64,000 nt of DNA from Chiloscyllium plagiosum (lineage: Eukaryota): assembly GCF_004010195.1 (NCBI RefSeq), contig NC_057751.1:18259325-18323324 (forward strand). Direction: 5' to 3'. Shown here piece by piece: positions 12,910 to 27,199 of this stretch (position 1 is the first letter of the stretch; each line of letters begins with the position of its first letter). The translations under genes and the position numbers were made by a program. The notes under the pieces were generated by a model. That model made no database searches. It had not been told where the DNA came from and saw only the letters and a list, made by a program, of their open reading frames with translations.

Positions 12910-13938
12910 TTTCCAGACACACTTGAAACAAGCTTATTTGTCCAGGACTTTTAATCAGTGATTTTTACTCTCTAATCCGATAGCCTGTATCGGTACACTT
13001 TTTTATGTGTTTCTATTTGTGTGTGTGTATGTGTACATGAGTGTAACCACAAGATAGAGGGGTAGGGAGAGGAATATGTTTTAGTCACCGATCTGCTACT
13101 CAGAAGTGATGACATTATGAAATGTCGTCCAGTTTGAAGTTGATAAACACGGCCATTGAACCTAATTAAAAGAAATCCAAACGCGTGAAAAGTTATAGTA
13201 CCCTGCAAACAAAAAAAATCCAAATTTGAAATGATAGCACGGTAAGTAGGCAGTGTTAGACTTTTAAGGAGACATTTAATAAATCTCAAACACGGCAGTG
13301 TTCACTCAAACACACTTTAGTGAGAAGGGCGTAGCATTCGTGAATAACCTCGATTTCAATGTGAATGAAACCGATTATGGCTGTGAACTTGACTTGCAAA
13401 GAATGCTTTGTTTAAACCAGCAACGGATGATTTTCAAAAAAGGAACAAGGTAGAATGAAAATATAAGTTAGCGAGAAGTGCTTCGAATAGCTAATAGTAA
13501 CAACACCTATAAGGAACATAAAGAGATGGCAGCAGCGAAAGGAAGTATTCATCCCTGCGTGGATGGATCTCTGGAATTAACAATGTCAAAGTAACAAGTA
13601 ATATGGATTGAACAAACAATTTGCATATCTTTTTATACATGAAGGCATTAAAAATGATCAAAATAATAGAAAATCAGGCACTAAGTCATAAGGATGGAGA
13701 AAAATATTGAAAACTACCTTTGTATCATCTGGGAAGAACATGTGTTATTCTGCATTGTAATAAGGAGCACGTACTGCAACATTTTGGAGAAAGCAGAAAG
13801 GTAATGATACTCTCCTGAACAATAAATGCAGTTCCAATGGTCCAATTAGCCTCCGTCTGTACTGTATCAATTTAGTAATTCGATCAGGAAAACAAAGCCA
13901 TCTAATACGTATATTAGTTCCCTAGACTTTAGGTTACT

Positions 13939-14207
13939 TACAGTGTGGAAACAGACCCTTCAGCCCAACACTCCACACCAACCCACCCAGACCCATTTCC
14001 CTACATTTACCCCTTCACCTAACACTGTGGGCAATTTAGCATGGCCAATTCACCTAACCTGCGCATTTTTAGATTGTGGGAGGAAACAGGAGCACCCAGA
14101 GGAAACCCACGCAGACACGGGGAGAATGTGCAAACTCCACATAAGAGTCGCCTGAGTTGAACCCAAATCTCTGGCGCTGTGAGGCAGCAGTGCTAACCAC
14201 TGTGCCA
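13939..14207 (-). mobile_element. HE1-type SINE
   Basis: Reverse complement of SINE head (gaggcagcagtgctaaccactgtgcca), core (ggaaacccacgcagacacggggagaatg) and tail (cagtgtggaaacagaccc). Confidence 0.85.
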
Positions 14208-14379
14208 ACATGAACATTGGCATTGCCGATTTCGTAAAGACGTGACAGCTAAAGTCTTGAAAGATTGTTTACCATTTTCCTAAATTGCTTTATTCTTGGA
14301 ACGTCCCATGGATCACAAAATCAGAGCATTAGACAATATTTATCTTCCAAAATATTTAATTTAAAGTAATATGTCAGTG

Positions 14380-17300
14380 CAGGTGAGATCAAAGTCGTGG
14401 TATGTTAGTTTTGATCACTTTGGGAAGCTGAACAATGCCCAAGTCCTGGATGTGAGCAAGAAATGTCTCCAGTTCCAAATCCTGGAGCCTAGCGTTTGGA
14501 CCAGGACTGGTGCCTGGGAACATTGCGGATTATCCGTGAAGCCGAGGAAATTTTGGATAGTACAAATGGAAGGTCGGCACATTATAGCACAAGACAGTCC
14601 AGGCAGGAAGAGAATGGATGGCATCCGCCCAGATTAAGAGGACTCAGAAGGCAATTCAGCAATCCCCTGTCGCCATTCCCTTAGAAATCGCCATAACAGT
14701 TGGATACTGCTGAGGTCTATGGTGTCTGAGGGTAAAACAGCAATGGACAATTTTGAGTCTTCTGCATTGACTCTGCTAGACAGGGGAACAGCAAAGCCTA
14801 TGGAAATGCAATCTTAATTCAGTTGTAAGAAGAACACATAGGCATTTCCCTGACACAAAGAATACTCCAGGATGGTCGGATGCCTCTGTGGTTTTAGGAT
14901 CACAGAATTCTCAGAATGGCTAAAGGACATACTGGAAGGGGACCAAGAACAGCCAGTGATCATGGGACACGTTGCTACTAAAGGACATCAGTATTAAAAA
15001 ATGAGATGACGTCTTAAATATAAACAATTGACTGTTTGGAAGCAAGTTCAAATGTAGTGCTTCAATAGCAGAGATTTCAGAATTGCTACGAGTGCAATGT
15101 TCTATTCAACAAGGAAATAACAACGAGGATATATCAACTGAAAACGTGTCTAGAGAGATGGTGTGAATGGAGGGTTTTCAGATTCCTCCAGCATTGGGAG
15201 TTCTGGTCTAGGACGGAAAAGCAAGGTTAGTTCAACCTGGTCTGCCAGGACTAAATCCCATGGGGGAGTATTAGTGAGAGGGGCTCTGGAATATTTAAAA
15301 GCCTGAAGACTATGCACATGAACACATGGTACATTTAAAACAACGTGAATAAATTAGTCACGCAAATAATTATAAGCGTAGATGAGATAACTGGGATTAG
15401 AGACACGACTGCAGGTTTTCGAGTATGGGAACCGACCATCCAAGGCTGTTCAGTATATCAGAAGGACATTGAAAAAGGAATAAGTGGTTTAGTTGTATTG
15501 GTTAAAGAGGATATAAGCATAATAATTATCAACGACATTAGCTCAAGAAATGTAGAGTCTACGTGTGCAGAATAGAAAAAATTCCAAGAGGAATTTTATG
15601 CGTTGTTATACAGACCACCAAATAGTGATGATATTTGGGAATGAGATTAAATGGGAAATTGAAAAGGAACAGTGATAATTTTGGGTGACATCGATCTGCA
15701 CATACATTGGGCAAGTAAAATTTTGCGCATTTTTGTATTTCTTCTGATTTTGTGGATCAATATATTGATGGAACAACTGGAGGACAGGGTACGTTAACCT
15801 GGGCATTGCTGACTCAGAAAGGAATTTCGTTCTGAGATGTCCCTGAGGGATGAGTGCACATAATATGATAGAACCTTCTATGAGCATGAGAGTGAGTAGT
15901 TCATTCTGAGTCTAGGATCCTGAATCTCAAGAAGGGAAACGACGATAGTTTGCGGTTTGAATTAGCTATGATCCATTGGGAGGCGAATGGGATGACCATG
16001 GATAATCAAAGACAAACATTTACGACTGAACAGGTGAACAATAAAAATGTTGTGTTCCTATGTGGAACAAGAGTGCAAGGAAAGTTGAGACTAAACCTTG
16101 TCTTATCAGGGAATTTCTTGACAGCATTCTATGACAGAAGTGAGTATTCAAATTTGTAATAAAGGCTGTAGACCTGAGGTTTGGGAACTGATTAGAAGTC
16201 AGCAAAGGTGGAGCTGGGAATAATCAATAAAGGGGAGATATAGTATGAGATTAAGATTGCAGGGAACCTAAAAACATAAAAGTTTATATCAACATGTAAA
16301 GAGAAAATGTTTAGTAAAACAATACTAATGGACTTCGCTTATGATCTTTGCGGTTATAATTGAAGGATAACAGGGACATATTTTAAGGATGAGACGAGAA
16401 GAAATTCCTTCACCCAGACACTGGTGGGCTTGGGGGATTCCATAAGATAGATAACGGTTGAGGACAAAGTATTATATCTATTGAAGATAGATATGCCATC
16501 CATTAGCGGTAGGACATTAGCGTAATAATTATAAAATCAAGGACAGTGTACAAGATTGTTGAAAGAGACATCGTGCTCCATATCTTCATTGGGATAATCA
16601 CACAACTGTTTCATTAAAGGGGGCGGGGTGGACAGTAAATTAGATTAATAACTAAAAAGTTTCCAAAAAATTGCCAAAGAAAATGGCTCTGCTTAAATTA
16701 AGAATTCGTGGTTCTGGGTCGACAGAATGACGATTCACAGAGATTTGACCAAATAACAGGAAACTCTCGGAACAAATAGGTGGTCTTGTGATTGCCATAC
16801 TCTAACCAGCGGAGTGTCTATCTACCTTAAATAGGAGATATCTACCTTAAATATTGAGAAAGTGGACGGAGGGGAGCACATGTGGAAAGTACCTTTAGAT
16901 ACAAAGATAACTCTCATAATGCTGAGACGTAGGGATAACACAGAGAGAGAGCTGAGCGCAATTTTGGGTTCTTTAATCACAACAAATCTTCATTAAGCCA
17001 GAGAATGAATAGTTGATTCTGAGACTATGATTCTGAATGTTAAGATGGAAAACTGCGTTGCTTTGTGGTTGAATTGCCTGTGATACGTTGGGAAATGAAA
17101 GTGATGACCATGGATCGGCAGCGACAACAATTCTAAGACTCAATAGGTGAACAACAAAAATGGCATGTTCCTATGTGGAACAAGAGTGCAAGGTTACTTG
17201 CATTTGATGTTATTCAGGAAAGGTTCATGAGGGTCATTGCTGAGACAAAAGGAATTTAATAAGAGAATGGCAAAAAATGAGATGTGATCTTAAAGAAATA
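14380..17300 (+). mobile_element. Heavily decayed CR1 (ORF1 zinc-finger/esterase, ORF2 endonuclease, 3' piece) plus a second endonuclease fragment ~16700-17300
   Basis: SKKCLQFQILE; tccaggatggtc.gatgcctc; TLYRPPNS; MRFELAMIHW; gttcctatgtggaacaagagtgcaagg occurs at both ~16055 and ~17167. Confidence 0.65.
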
Positions 17301-19306
17301 TATTAAAAAATCAATAAAGAGATTGAAGTGTCGACGCTGTTTATTTTTTCTTGCGGGAGAAGCTGCCAATCAGAGTTAAATTTCAAAATAAGTGTTCATC
17401 CATTCAACAGGCAAACGAAAAGGGGTCTCCTTCTTTGAGGTGGTCGTCAGACACTGACATTGTTTCTCCAGAGGGCAGAGGACACTCGGGTATTAGATAT
17501 ACTGGATGCTCAAACAAAGCTATCAACGACAAGGAACTGAGGCTTATGAATGATCAGTTAGGAACGTGTGTTGAGGCTACAAACAGGTCGAGCACTATCA
17601 CATCAAATATCACAGGCTCAAGAGAAATATGCCCCAATTTTTTGAGTTTTTCTGTTGTCCGCTGTTTGCCAAAGTTCCCACCCCTAGTACCTCGTATCTC
17701 CTTCTTTGTAGTCACCTGTCAATTAACTCTTGCCTCTTCTTGCTTTTCGACTTCGCTTCATTAATATCCCTCTTGTAATTGTATCAATTTCCGTCTCTCA
17801 TTCTCGCAGTGAGCTGCAATCCTTTGCCACCAGAGTACCAGCAAGGTTCGTGAGCACGCAAGGAGGTGCTCAGATGTTGCAAATCAGTCAGCAAAAGCCG
17901 AACATCTCGCGCAATAAGTGAGTTACAAAGGAATTCTCCAGCGATTCGATACTAATTAAGAGCAGCTTTCCAGAGCCCTGCAGATATTCCCATTTCTGAT
18001 TTAGAACACTACGTATAAAATGGTAAGTCAGGAAAGCTGAGGGTGATTTCAAACATTTTGTAACATTTGGATGACAACAAGCTCATTGCCTTGTACGAGC
18101 ATCTTCTCTATTGCCAGAACCAGTGCCACTGCCAGTTCATTGGTGAATGAAGATTGACAGCTAAAAGTAAAATCTGCACTCCCGTTGTGCCTGGACTAGA
18201 AGCATTCTCAGCTAAAACTGGAAGAATTCTGTCGCCACCTCACTGGATTGCTGGATTTCTTGTATTTCAGTCCTGATGAGGGAATGACAAGAAGCCATGC
18301 TTTTACATCTCCTTATGTTTATGCAGATTGACATAACTCTCCAAACATAAAGAACCGTTTAACCTCAGGGAAGCAGTTATGTTTGGGTGGAGTCATTAAG
18401 GGAGTAGTTATTGCAGGATAGATTTATTTCAGGAGAAACGTTAAGCTAGGCTAGTTGATGTGTTAGGGACTCTTTGAATCAGGGACGTCATCATGTTCAT
18501 GTTAACGGTATCAGAGGGTTAGACATATCAGAGTCTTTGCCATGTCATGGATCGTCATGTTAGGGGGTCATCATGTCAGGGTGTGGTTGTGTCTGTAATA
18601 TTCACTTCGGGAGGTTGTTCATGTCCTGGGCATGTTTGCTTGGAGTAGACGTGTCAGTGGTCAGTGCTGTCAGGGGTAATTCATAATTTTTGGTAGAAGG
18701 TAGTCGTCTCAGTAGGTAATCAGATCTGAAGGATAATCATTTCAAAGGATAGACATGTTGGGGTTAGTTCGGGCGGGATATAGTCATGTAGCAAAAATTG
18801 CATTGGAAGCAGACATATTCATTAACTAAGCAGTAGCTGTGTTCGGTGCCTCAGATCACAATCACATCTTGGCTATTTATGGTGTGTTAGATGTATTAGG
18901 CAGTTCTGTCTGTGGACAGACGTGTCAGCTGCAGTCATGTCAGCGACAGTCTAGAGAGGAGTACTCTTATAGTGGGTGGCTATAATATGGGACAGTCGTG
19001 TAGTGGGGTTAGGTGATAGCTACGTCGGGCTATTTCGCACGGGAGTCGTCCTGTCGAGAGATATTCAGATCATGGAGCTGTCAGGTCGCAGGACAATCAT
19101 GTTGGGAGGTTGCGACATCAGGGCCAGTAGGGTCGTGGGTAAGCATGTCAGGGTTGCTGTTTAAGGGGACTTTTGTGTTGAGGTACAAACATGTCAGCGT
19201 GGCAGTCAAGTCGGGTGTGTAGCTGTGTCAGTTGCAAACATGTCAGAGTGTAATCATGCTGGGTTTTATTCATGCCAGGAAAAGTTGTGGATGAGTTCAG
19301 TCATAT

Positions 19307-19568
19307 CCCACCTCAGGCGACTGACTGTGTGGAGTTTGGACGTTCTCCCCGTGTCTGCGTGGGTTTCCTCCGGGTGCTCCGGTTTCCACCCACAGTCCAA
19401 AGATGTGCAGGTCAGGTGATTTGGCCATACTAAATTACCCGTAGTGTTAGGTACTGGGTAAATTTAGGGGTATGGGTGGGTTGCGCTTCGGCGGGGCGGT
19501 GTGGACTTGTTGGGCCGAAGGGCCTGTTTCCACACTGTAAGTAATCTAATCTAATCTAATCTAATCTT
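19307..19568 (+). mobile_element. HE1-type SINE, 5'-truncated, young, with (CTAAT)n tail
   Basis: ctcaggcgactgactgtgtggagtttg..gtgtctgcgtgggtttcctccggg..gggccgaagggcctgtttccacactgtaagtaatctaatctaat. Confidence 0.9.
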
Positions 19569-19813
19569 AAAAAAAAATCATTGGGTAATTAAGTTGTAAG
19601 GTTAGTCATGTCTCTGAATGAACATGTTCAAGAATAGTCATGTCAGGCACCCCACTCTCACTGCCCCCCACCCACCATTTATCTCTTTATCCTGGAGACC
19701 TGTAAGTAATCTAATATAATCTAATCTAATCTTAAAAAAAATCATTGGGTAATTAAGTTGTGAGGTTAGTCATGTCTCTGAATGAACATGTTAAAGAATA
19801 GTCATGTCAGGCA

Positions 19814-20007
19814 CCCCACTCTCACTGCCCCGCACCCACCATTTATCTCTTTATCCTGGAGACTTCCTGCCTCTATTCGTGATGAAGGGCTTCTGCCCAA
19901 AACGTCGAATTTCCTGCTCCTCGGATATTGCCTGACTTGCTGTCCTCTTCCAGCACCACTCTGATCTAAACATTGGTTTCCAGCATCTGCAGTCCTCACT
20001 TTTGCCT
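19814..20007 (+). mobile_element. Penelope-like element 3' terminal fragment with a hammerhead-like motif
   Basis: attcgtgatgaagggcttctgcccaaaacgtcgaat, end ccagcatctgcagtcctcacttttgcct; flanked by ATGTCAGGCA (19804-19813, 20008-20017). Confidence 0.75.
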
Positions 20008-20959
20008 ATGTCAGGCAGTAGTCGTGTCAGGGTAATCTTCTTGGTTGGATCTCAGGTTCGTTGTGTTAGCAAGTATCCTTGTCCAGGATCCATCAAATGT
20101 ACAAAAATTACATTTCAGAATTGTCACATCTGGGGATAACTGTGATGGTTCAAGTGTTTTGGGTTTGACGAGTTCATGCGGGAGACATGTGGGCAGTTAG
20201 AGTGTCAGAGGGGAGTCATGTCAGGAGCAGTCGATTTGAGGTGTAGACATGCCAGGGGAAGCGACGGTAGTTGGTAAGTGCGTGAATCATTCAGTCCGAT
20301 TCCTTGGAGCTTAGCAAGTATTCAGATCGTGAGGGGACTTCCAATCATTTCTGGGTGAGTGATATTTGACTGAAGTCAGAGAGAGGGAGTTCTCCATATC
20401 TTGCTTCTGCAAGACAAATTAACAATTTGGAATGTAGGAAAGAAAACAGCATTTCACACATTTCTGCCTCTTCTGTGCTGACAGAATTCCACACCCAAAC
20501 TGAGGACTTCTCTGTTCCTGCATCCAGGTTAATAATGTACTTTTTAGTTTTTGTTGTCCCTGTTCAGTCGAACATCCAAAAAACAGCAGTTCAAAACTCG
20601 CTGCATTTCATCAGCACCATGCTGAAAGATGACCATGTACAAAGTCCGTAGTGTGTTTTAATCTTAATCTTCAAATCCCAGTCCAATGATTTCGATGGTG
20701 TCAGTCAAACAGCAATTCTTGGGTTGTTCACGGCAACCATTTCGTTTAGCACAGCAGTTGCAATAATTTCACAAATTTAGAAAGCCAAAAAAGGCGGTAG
20801 ACTTGGAATTCTATTTGTTTTTGAGTGCAGCGTAGATACATCCAAATGATCGCTGGACAGCAAGTGGTGAATGGCAGAGTTGTGAAATAACATAGGCCGT
20901 GTCCCGGGGAATTTAGAAAATTTGAACTGATCTAAGTATGTAAGAGATTAATGCAGCCT

Positions 20960-21820
20960 GTTGGAATAGGAAAAGGAATAAGTTACACGTGGAGTCAGAG
21001 AAAAAGGTTGAGTTTCTTCACGAGACCGTTGCATAGTATTCACTGAGGAGAGGGACATGACAGATGTTGAGGGTAGGGATAGATCTTTTGATCACTCCAG
21101 ATTAAGTCGATATAAGGAGGGAGAACGTGTCGAATATTCCAACAGGCAATAAGTTAGTCAGGTCGACAAGGTCCGGATGCATCAAACCCAGGATACTGAG
21201 GGAAACGAGACCAGAAGTAGTTGGGTCCTTAACAGACATATCATTGAACACAGGTGATTTTCCCAGAGGACTGGAGAATTGCTAATGTTGTCCCCTTGTT
21301 AAAGAAGGTTATCAAGGATAATCCAGGTTATTATAAAACGGAGAGCCTGACGTCAGTGTGAGGGAAGCTACCGGAGAAGATACTGAGGGAAAGGATCTAT
21401 TCCCAATTGGAAGAAAATTGGCTTAACAATGATAAGCATCATGCTTTTGAGCAGGCAAGATCATGTCTTACCAACTTAAAAACCTATTTTGCGGAAGTCG
21501 CAAAGTTGATTGATGAAGAAACGGCTGTAGGTATTATTTACGTGATCTTCTGTAAGGCATTTGATCAGTTTCCCCATAATAAGCTGACAGAAAAAGTAAG
21601 TTCGCAAGCGGTTCATTCCGTACTGGCGAGATGGATAAAGAACTGGCTGTGCAACAGGAGACAGCGAGTAGTAGTGGAAGGGAGTTTCTCAAAATGGAAA
21701 ACTGTGACCAGTGGTGTTCCGCAGGGATCTGTGCTGGGACCACTACTGTTTGTAATATATATAATTTATATGGAATAAGGTATAGATGGTTTCATTACCG
21801 AGTTTGCAGATGGCACTACG
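20960..21820 (+). mobile_element. CR1 ORF2 RT fragment
   Basis: SCLTNL, FCKAFDQFPH, WIKNWLCNRRQRVVV, SGVPQGSVLGPLLFVIYI. Confidence 0.9.
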
Positions 21821-22080
21821 AGTTTAACGCTCAAATTTAACAATATTCTTCCTGTAGAAGGGCAAGCTGAATTGCACGCAGCATTCTAAAAGTGGACTCA
21901 GCAATGTCCTGTATAGTCGCAGTGAGATGTCTCAACTCCGATACTCAATGTTTTGACGAATAAAGGCAAGAGTCCGAAACGCCTTCTCCCCCACGCACAT
22001 CTCTGTGTTGCTCATGAGAATGCTGCGTTTTATGTCGAAATATGAGTGATACAAGGGAAATCGGGGGACGGTGGTGGTGA

Positions 22081-22410
22081 GGTGGAACGGTGGGTCAGTG
22101 GTTAGCACTGCCACATCACAGCAACAGGGTGCCGGCTTCGATTTCCACCTCAGGCAAATGTCTGTGTGGAGTTTGCTCATTCTCCCTGTGTCAGCGTGAG
22201 TTTCCTACGACTGCTCTGGTTTCCTCCCACAATTCAATGATGAATTGGTCAGGTGAATTGGGTCATGCCCAATTTTTCATAATCTTAACTGCATTAGTCA
22301 CGACAAATATAGGGTAGAGGAATGGGTCTGGTTGGGTTACCCTTCGGAGAGGTGGTGTGGACTGGTTAGGCTGAAGAGCTTGTTTCCATGCTGAAGATAA
22401 TCTAACCTTA
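22081..22410 (+). mobile_element. HE1-type SINE; a second, older SINE follows at ~22428-22680
   Basis: cagtggttagcactgccacatcacagc..ggcttcgatt head, core, ggctgaagagcttgtttcca tail. Confidence 0.8.
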
Positions 22411-22920
22411 TCAAGCAGAGTGGAGATTGGGTGGCAGGTTTGCTCGTTGGTTAGCACTGCTGCTTCATAGCGTCAGGAGCTCAGTTCGATTGCAAACTTG
22501 GCTATCAGTCGGTATGGATATTTCACGTTCTACTCTGTCTGCTTGGGTTTCTGGTTGATGCTCCACTTTCCGTTGACTGCCCAAAGACATTCAATTTTGC
22601 TGGATTAATCATGGTAAATGGCCAGTACAGACTCACTGGGGAGAATGAAATCTAACTGCACTGTAGTGATTCTATAATTGGCCTTCATGACAAGAGTATT
22701 GGAGTCCAGAAGGAGGTACCCCTTACTTCAGATTGCGGACATGCTCAGACCCACCTGGAGTACCACATGCAGTTTTGCTTTCCCCACTGAAGAAAGGATA
22801 TGAATGCCATAAGGGCAGTGCATTTTGTTGATAACAGGAAGACTAAGAATATTCCAGAAGGAGATGGTGGTTCGATTGGACCTATAATCTCTGGAGTTCA
22901 TTACGACAAGAGTGTGATAA

Positions 22921-23871
22921 AACATAGAACATAGAACACAGAACAATACAGCACAGAACAGGCCCTTCGGCCCACGATGTTTTGCCGAACATTTGTCCTA
23001 GCTTAAGCACCCATCCATGTACCTATCCAATTGCCAATTAAAGTTCGCCAATGATTCTGACTCTGCCACTCCCACAGGCAGCGCATTCCATGCCCCACCA
23101 CTCACTGGGTAAAGAACCTACCCCTGACATCTCCCCTATACCTTCCACCCTTCACCTTAAATTTATGTCCCCTTGTAACACTCTGTTGTACCCGGGGAAA
23201 AAGTTTCTGAACATCACTTCATGACTCTTGAATTCAATCCCTCTGCTAATGAACGCTAATATACCATAGGCCTTCTTACAAGCTCTATCCACCTGAGTGG
23301 CAACTTTCAAAGATCTATGAACATAGACGCCAAGATCCCTCTGCTCCTCCACCTTACTAAGAACCCTACTGTTAACCCTGTATTCCGCATTCTTATTTGT
23401 CCTTCCAAAATGGACAACCTCACACTTGGCAGGGTTGAACTCCATCTGCCACTCCTCAGCCCAGCTCTGCATCATATCTAAGTCCCTTTGCAGCCGACAA
23501 CAGCCCTCCTCACTATCCACAACTCCACCAATCTTTGTATCATCTGCAAATGTACTGACCCACCCTTCGATTCCCTCTTCCAAGTCATTTATAACAATTA
23601 CATACAGCAGAGGACCCAGAACTGATCCCGGTGGAACTCCACTTGTAACTGGGCTCCAGGCTGAATATTTACCATCTACCACCACTCTCTGACTTCGACC
23701 GGTTAGCCAGTTTTCTATCCAACTGGCCAAATTTCCCTCTATCCAATGCCTCCTGACTTTCCGCATAAGCCTACCATGGGAACCCTTATCAAATGCCTTA
23801 CTAAAATCCATGCATACTACATCTACTGCTCTACCCTCAACCACATGCTTGGTCACCTCCTCAAAGAATTC
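22921..23871 (-). mobile_element. Young CR1 (RT to 3' end, internally deleted) nested in an older + strand CR1 (~22690-22915 and ~23872-24070)
   Basis: 248-aa ORF with DFSKAFDK, GVPPGSVLGP, FADDTK, FNPAKC, RDLGV; (AACATAG)n tail at 22921. Confidence 0.95.
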
Positions 23872-24539
23872 TGGTTGAAAAGTGTAAAATTCTAACAACA
23901 GCGGATATCATAAATCCAAGAAAGTTCTTTCGTCGAGCAGAAGAGCCTCGGCAAAGGAGGAACGCATTTGGAACTGGGATGCGGTGAAACATCAACACTC
24001 AGTGCCACGAAACTGTGGAACTCTTCATCAGCAAAATAGTGAAGGCCGCGCACATGTACCTACTTCTTCAAAATGATGAATGCTTTCACCTCCCCCTCAC
24101 TTAAAGGCAGGGAGTTCCAGACTCCCACTTCCTATTGGTTGAAAAACCAGTACTTTCAATTCCACCAAATCTGTGTCTTGCTTCATATAATCGATGCCCC
24201 GGTCATTGACACCTCCAGCAGTGTACAATATTCTGTCCTGTCTACGTTATCTTTGCCCCTACAGCTTTAAACAGACACAAGTATACCCGCGCCTCACCCC
24301 ACACAAGTGCCTCCAGATTTAACAGAATAACAGGATCAGCCTTAGTGTGAACTGAGCCTGTGTCCCCAGAACATTTGCCTGGTGTTCTGAGCCCATTAGC
24401 ATTAACCACTATATTCCTGAATCACCTAAACAGTGAAAGAAAGTTGCACAATGTACAATGGTGTCGTTAGAATTCACCTCCCCAGTCTGTGACACTGAAA
24501 TAAAATAGCAGTCAATTACGATACTATGTTATTCCAGGA

Positions 24540-26500
24540 GCATAGAAAATAGGAAAATGACTAGCTGATTCAATTCCTAACTTCAACGGCGCCATTCAGT
24601 AGGATCGTGACTGATCAGAGATTCGTTGCATCTAATTTCCTGCCCTTTCCCTGCAAGACTTGATTCGCAACTGGTCAAGAATTCAAATATTGTTTTCGGC
24701 TTTAAATAAGCAAAAACACTGCACTCCCACAGGTGTCGGTGGCAAAGAGTTCACTCAAAGAGAAGAAATTCCTCCTTATCTCATGTTGCAATTAGTGCCA
24801 TTTTATTCTGGGCCAATGCCCCCAAATCTCAGATTCTCCAATGAGGAGTTATATAGTCTCAATTTATTCTGTCAAGCCTCCTAAGAATCCTGTCTGTTTC
24901 AAAGAGTTCACCTCTCATTCTTCTTGTCTCTGGTGAGTGGAATCCCAATCTGTTTTGCCTTTGTCTAAGAGACAATCGCTCCATACCAGAGACTATCTTA
25001 ATGAATGTTGCACCAACTACCTTCAGTGATACGATATACTTTCTTAAATAATTGACCAAAACTGCTCACAGTACTTCAAATAGTATCTTAGCATTAAGGC
25101 TTCCCTACACCCATACTCGACGCCCTTGAAATCAGGAATAAACTTTTTTGCTGTCTTCTCTGTGCGTCATCCAAAATCCCTTTGTTTGCAGCTTTCCGAA
25201 GATGTTCTCCATTTCAATAACACACTGCAAATTTTGGTTTTCGTTCCAAGAACTTCACATTGTTCCACATCATACATTACTCGACAAACGTTTGTTCAAT
25301 TACTTCACCTATCGTTATCTCCCTGTAAACAATTTATATCCCTATTGCAATTCCCTTTCCATCGATGTTTGTATCATTTACAAATCTGTTTGCAGTGCAA
25401 TGGCTTCGTTAATCTATGTCGATAGAATATGTTGTAAACATTTGCGGTGCCAGAACTGATCTCTGTGGAACCCTCCTGATAACCACATTGAACCTGAAAA
25501 ACAATCTATCACCCACTCTCACCGTTTCCTGCCCATTAATCAATTATTTATCCACACGAAACTACTACCTCAACAACATTAGCTCTTAATACTTAATCTT
25601 CTGGGAGGTACCATGTGGAATGCCTTCTCGAAGTCCAAATAAAATCATATACATTTTCCCCTCTATCCACTTCCGTGAACATCTCCAAGAAAGTCGTCAG
25701 TCATACTCTCACTGTCATGCAACCATGCTGTATCTACTTGATTAGATTGCAACTTTACAAAAGTACTGCGATTACCTCCTTAATAGTCGGTTCAAGCATT
25801 ATTTTCTGACAATAGATGTCAGACCAATGGGCCTAGGAATTCCATGTTATTGCTTCCCTTCCTTTTTCAATGGGAGCTTCACCTTGGCAGTTTTCAATTC
25901 ATCTGGTACTTCTTCAGTCAATTGTTGAAAAATTACAAACAATGCATCCGCTATCTGCGTACAGATTTGTTTTAAGGAACTTTGATACATTCCACCAAGA
26001 AAAGGAATCTGCCTTTTACTTCATTATTTTGGATAATGCCCGTTCTTTATGAATGTTGATGGCATTTAATTCCTTTCCTGTATTATTTATAAATAATGGA
26101 TTATCCGAAGTTTCTTCCAAAGTCGGGCAAACAGTCTGTTTTCCTCATCTGCCATTTCCTTCTTCCCCATAAATTCTTCCCCGAATTTCGTTTCCTCTGT
26201 TCAATTTGGCCTTTTTATTCCTATCGTATATATTTGAAGAAGTGTTTTCATTGTCGGTTTTTAAATTCTTCATTAGTTTGTCCTCTAGTTTGCTTTCTCT
26301 TTATTATGTTTTCAGTCTTCCGTTGGAAGAACATGAATTTGTCCCAGTCTGCCGGATTGTCACTGTTTTGCCTTCTTATGACTTTCAATTTCAAATTTAT
26401 ATTTGCCTTTTCTTCTCTGGTTGTCCATGATTCGTCTATTCTCCAATGCGGTACTTTCCATCACACTGAGATATATTTCTGCTATATTACACCACAGCTG
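24540..26500 (-). mobile_element. Old CR1 ORF2 to 3' end
   Basis: RRMRGELFETDRILRRLDR on minus strand; agaagaaattcctccttatctc and gaatgccttctcgaagtccaaata motifs. Confidence 0.7.
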
Positions 26501-27199
26501 TCCCTTTAGTCTTTATGTCCACACGCATTTATCGTTCAAATCACCATTTCTGGTTGAAGTGGAGTTGGTCGAAATAGAGTTAGGTTAGAAGGATGTAGGG
26601 AGTGATAGACATATTGAAGAAATTATCTGGTGCACATCAATATGATCTCGAAGGATCGTCAACTGAGAGTATAAAAGACGAATTAATGCCACGTAAAAAG
26701 ACAAACATTCTTTGTTGTGTCCCATATGCCCCAAAACAATCAAAGAGAGGTAAAGAATTGAATTGGTTACCAAATCTGACAGTGGTACAAGCGTCATGGG
26801 ACAGTAGTGGCGAGGCATTTGAAACAATCAGGTTTTAAATAAGTTAGCTTTATTGTGCAATGTAGAGAGGTAACAGAACTCCCCAAATGCAAGCAAAATA
26901 CTTTTTCTTAGCCTGTAAGTGAGAGACCCAACAATGCAGGAGTCATTTCTGAACTAAAAATTCGGAAATGATCTTGAACTGGTGAATGTCCAATCAGTGG
27001 TGTACATTTTGGAGACAGTAATCGTAACACAGTTAGGTTTAGAACAGTTATAGAAAAAGACAAGAATAGGGGAGCAATAAATGTGCTAAACTAGGGGAAG
27101 GCTATTTTTCAAAACTCATTCGTACACTGTGGGCGTCGCTTGTGCGCCAGAATTTATTACCCGTCCCTTATTACATTGCAAAATCCCATGTGATTCAGG

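Larger units (their letters stand above)
18370..20280. repeat. Degenerate ~15-16 bp minisatellite (core AGTCATGTCAGGG), interrupted by a SINE and a PLE insert
   Basis: Many recurrences of gtcatgtcagg / agacatgt / gtcgtgtcagg. Confidence 0.75.

Noticed and set aside
23152..23898. 248-aa RT ORF as a domesticated or active gene
   Set aside because: 5'-truncated, internally deleted CR1 copy; the ORF start lies in flanking DNA
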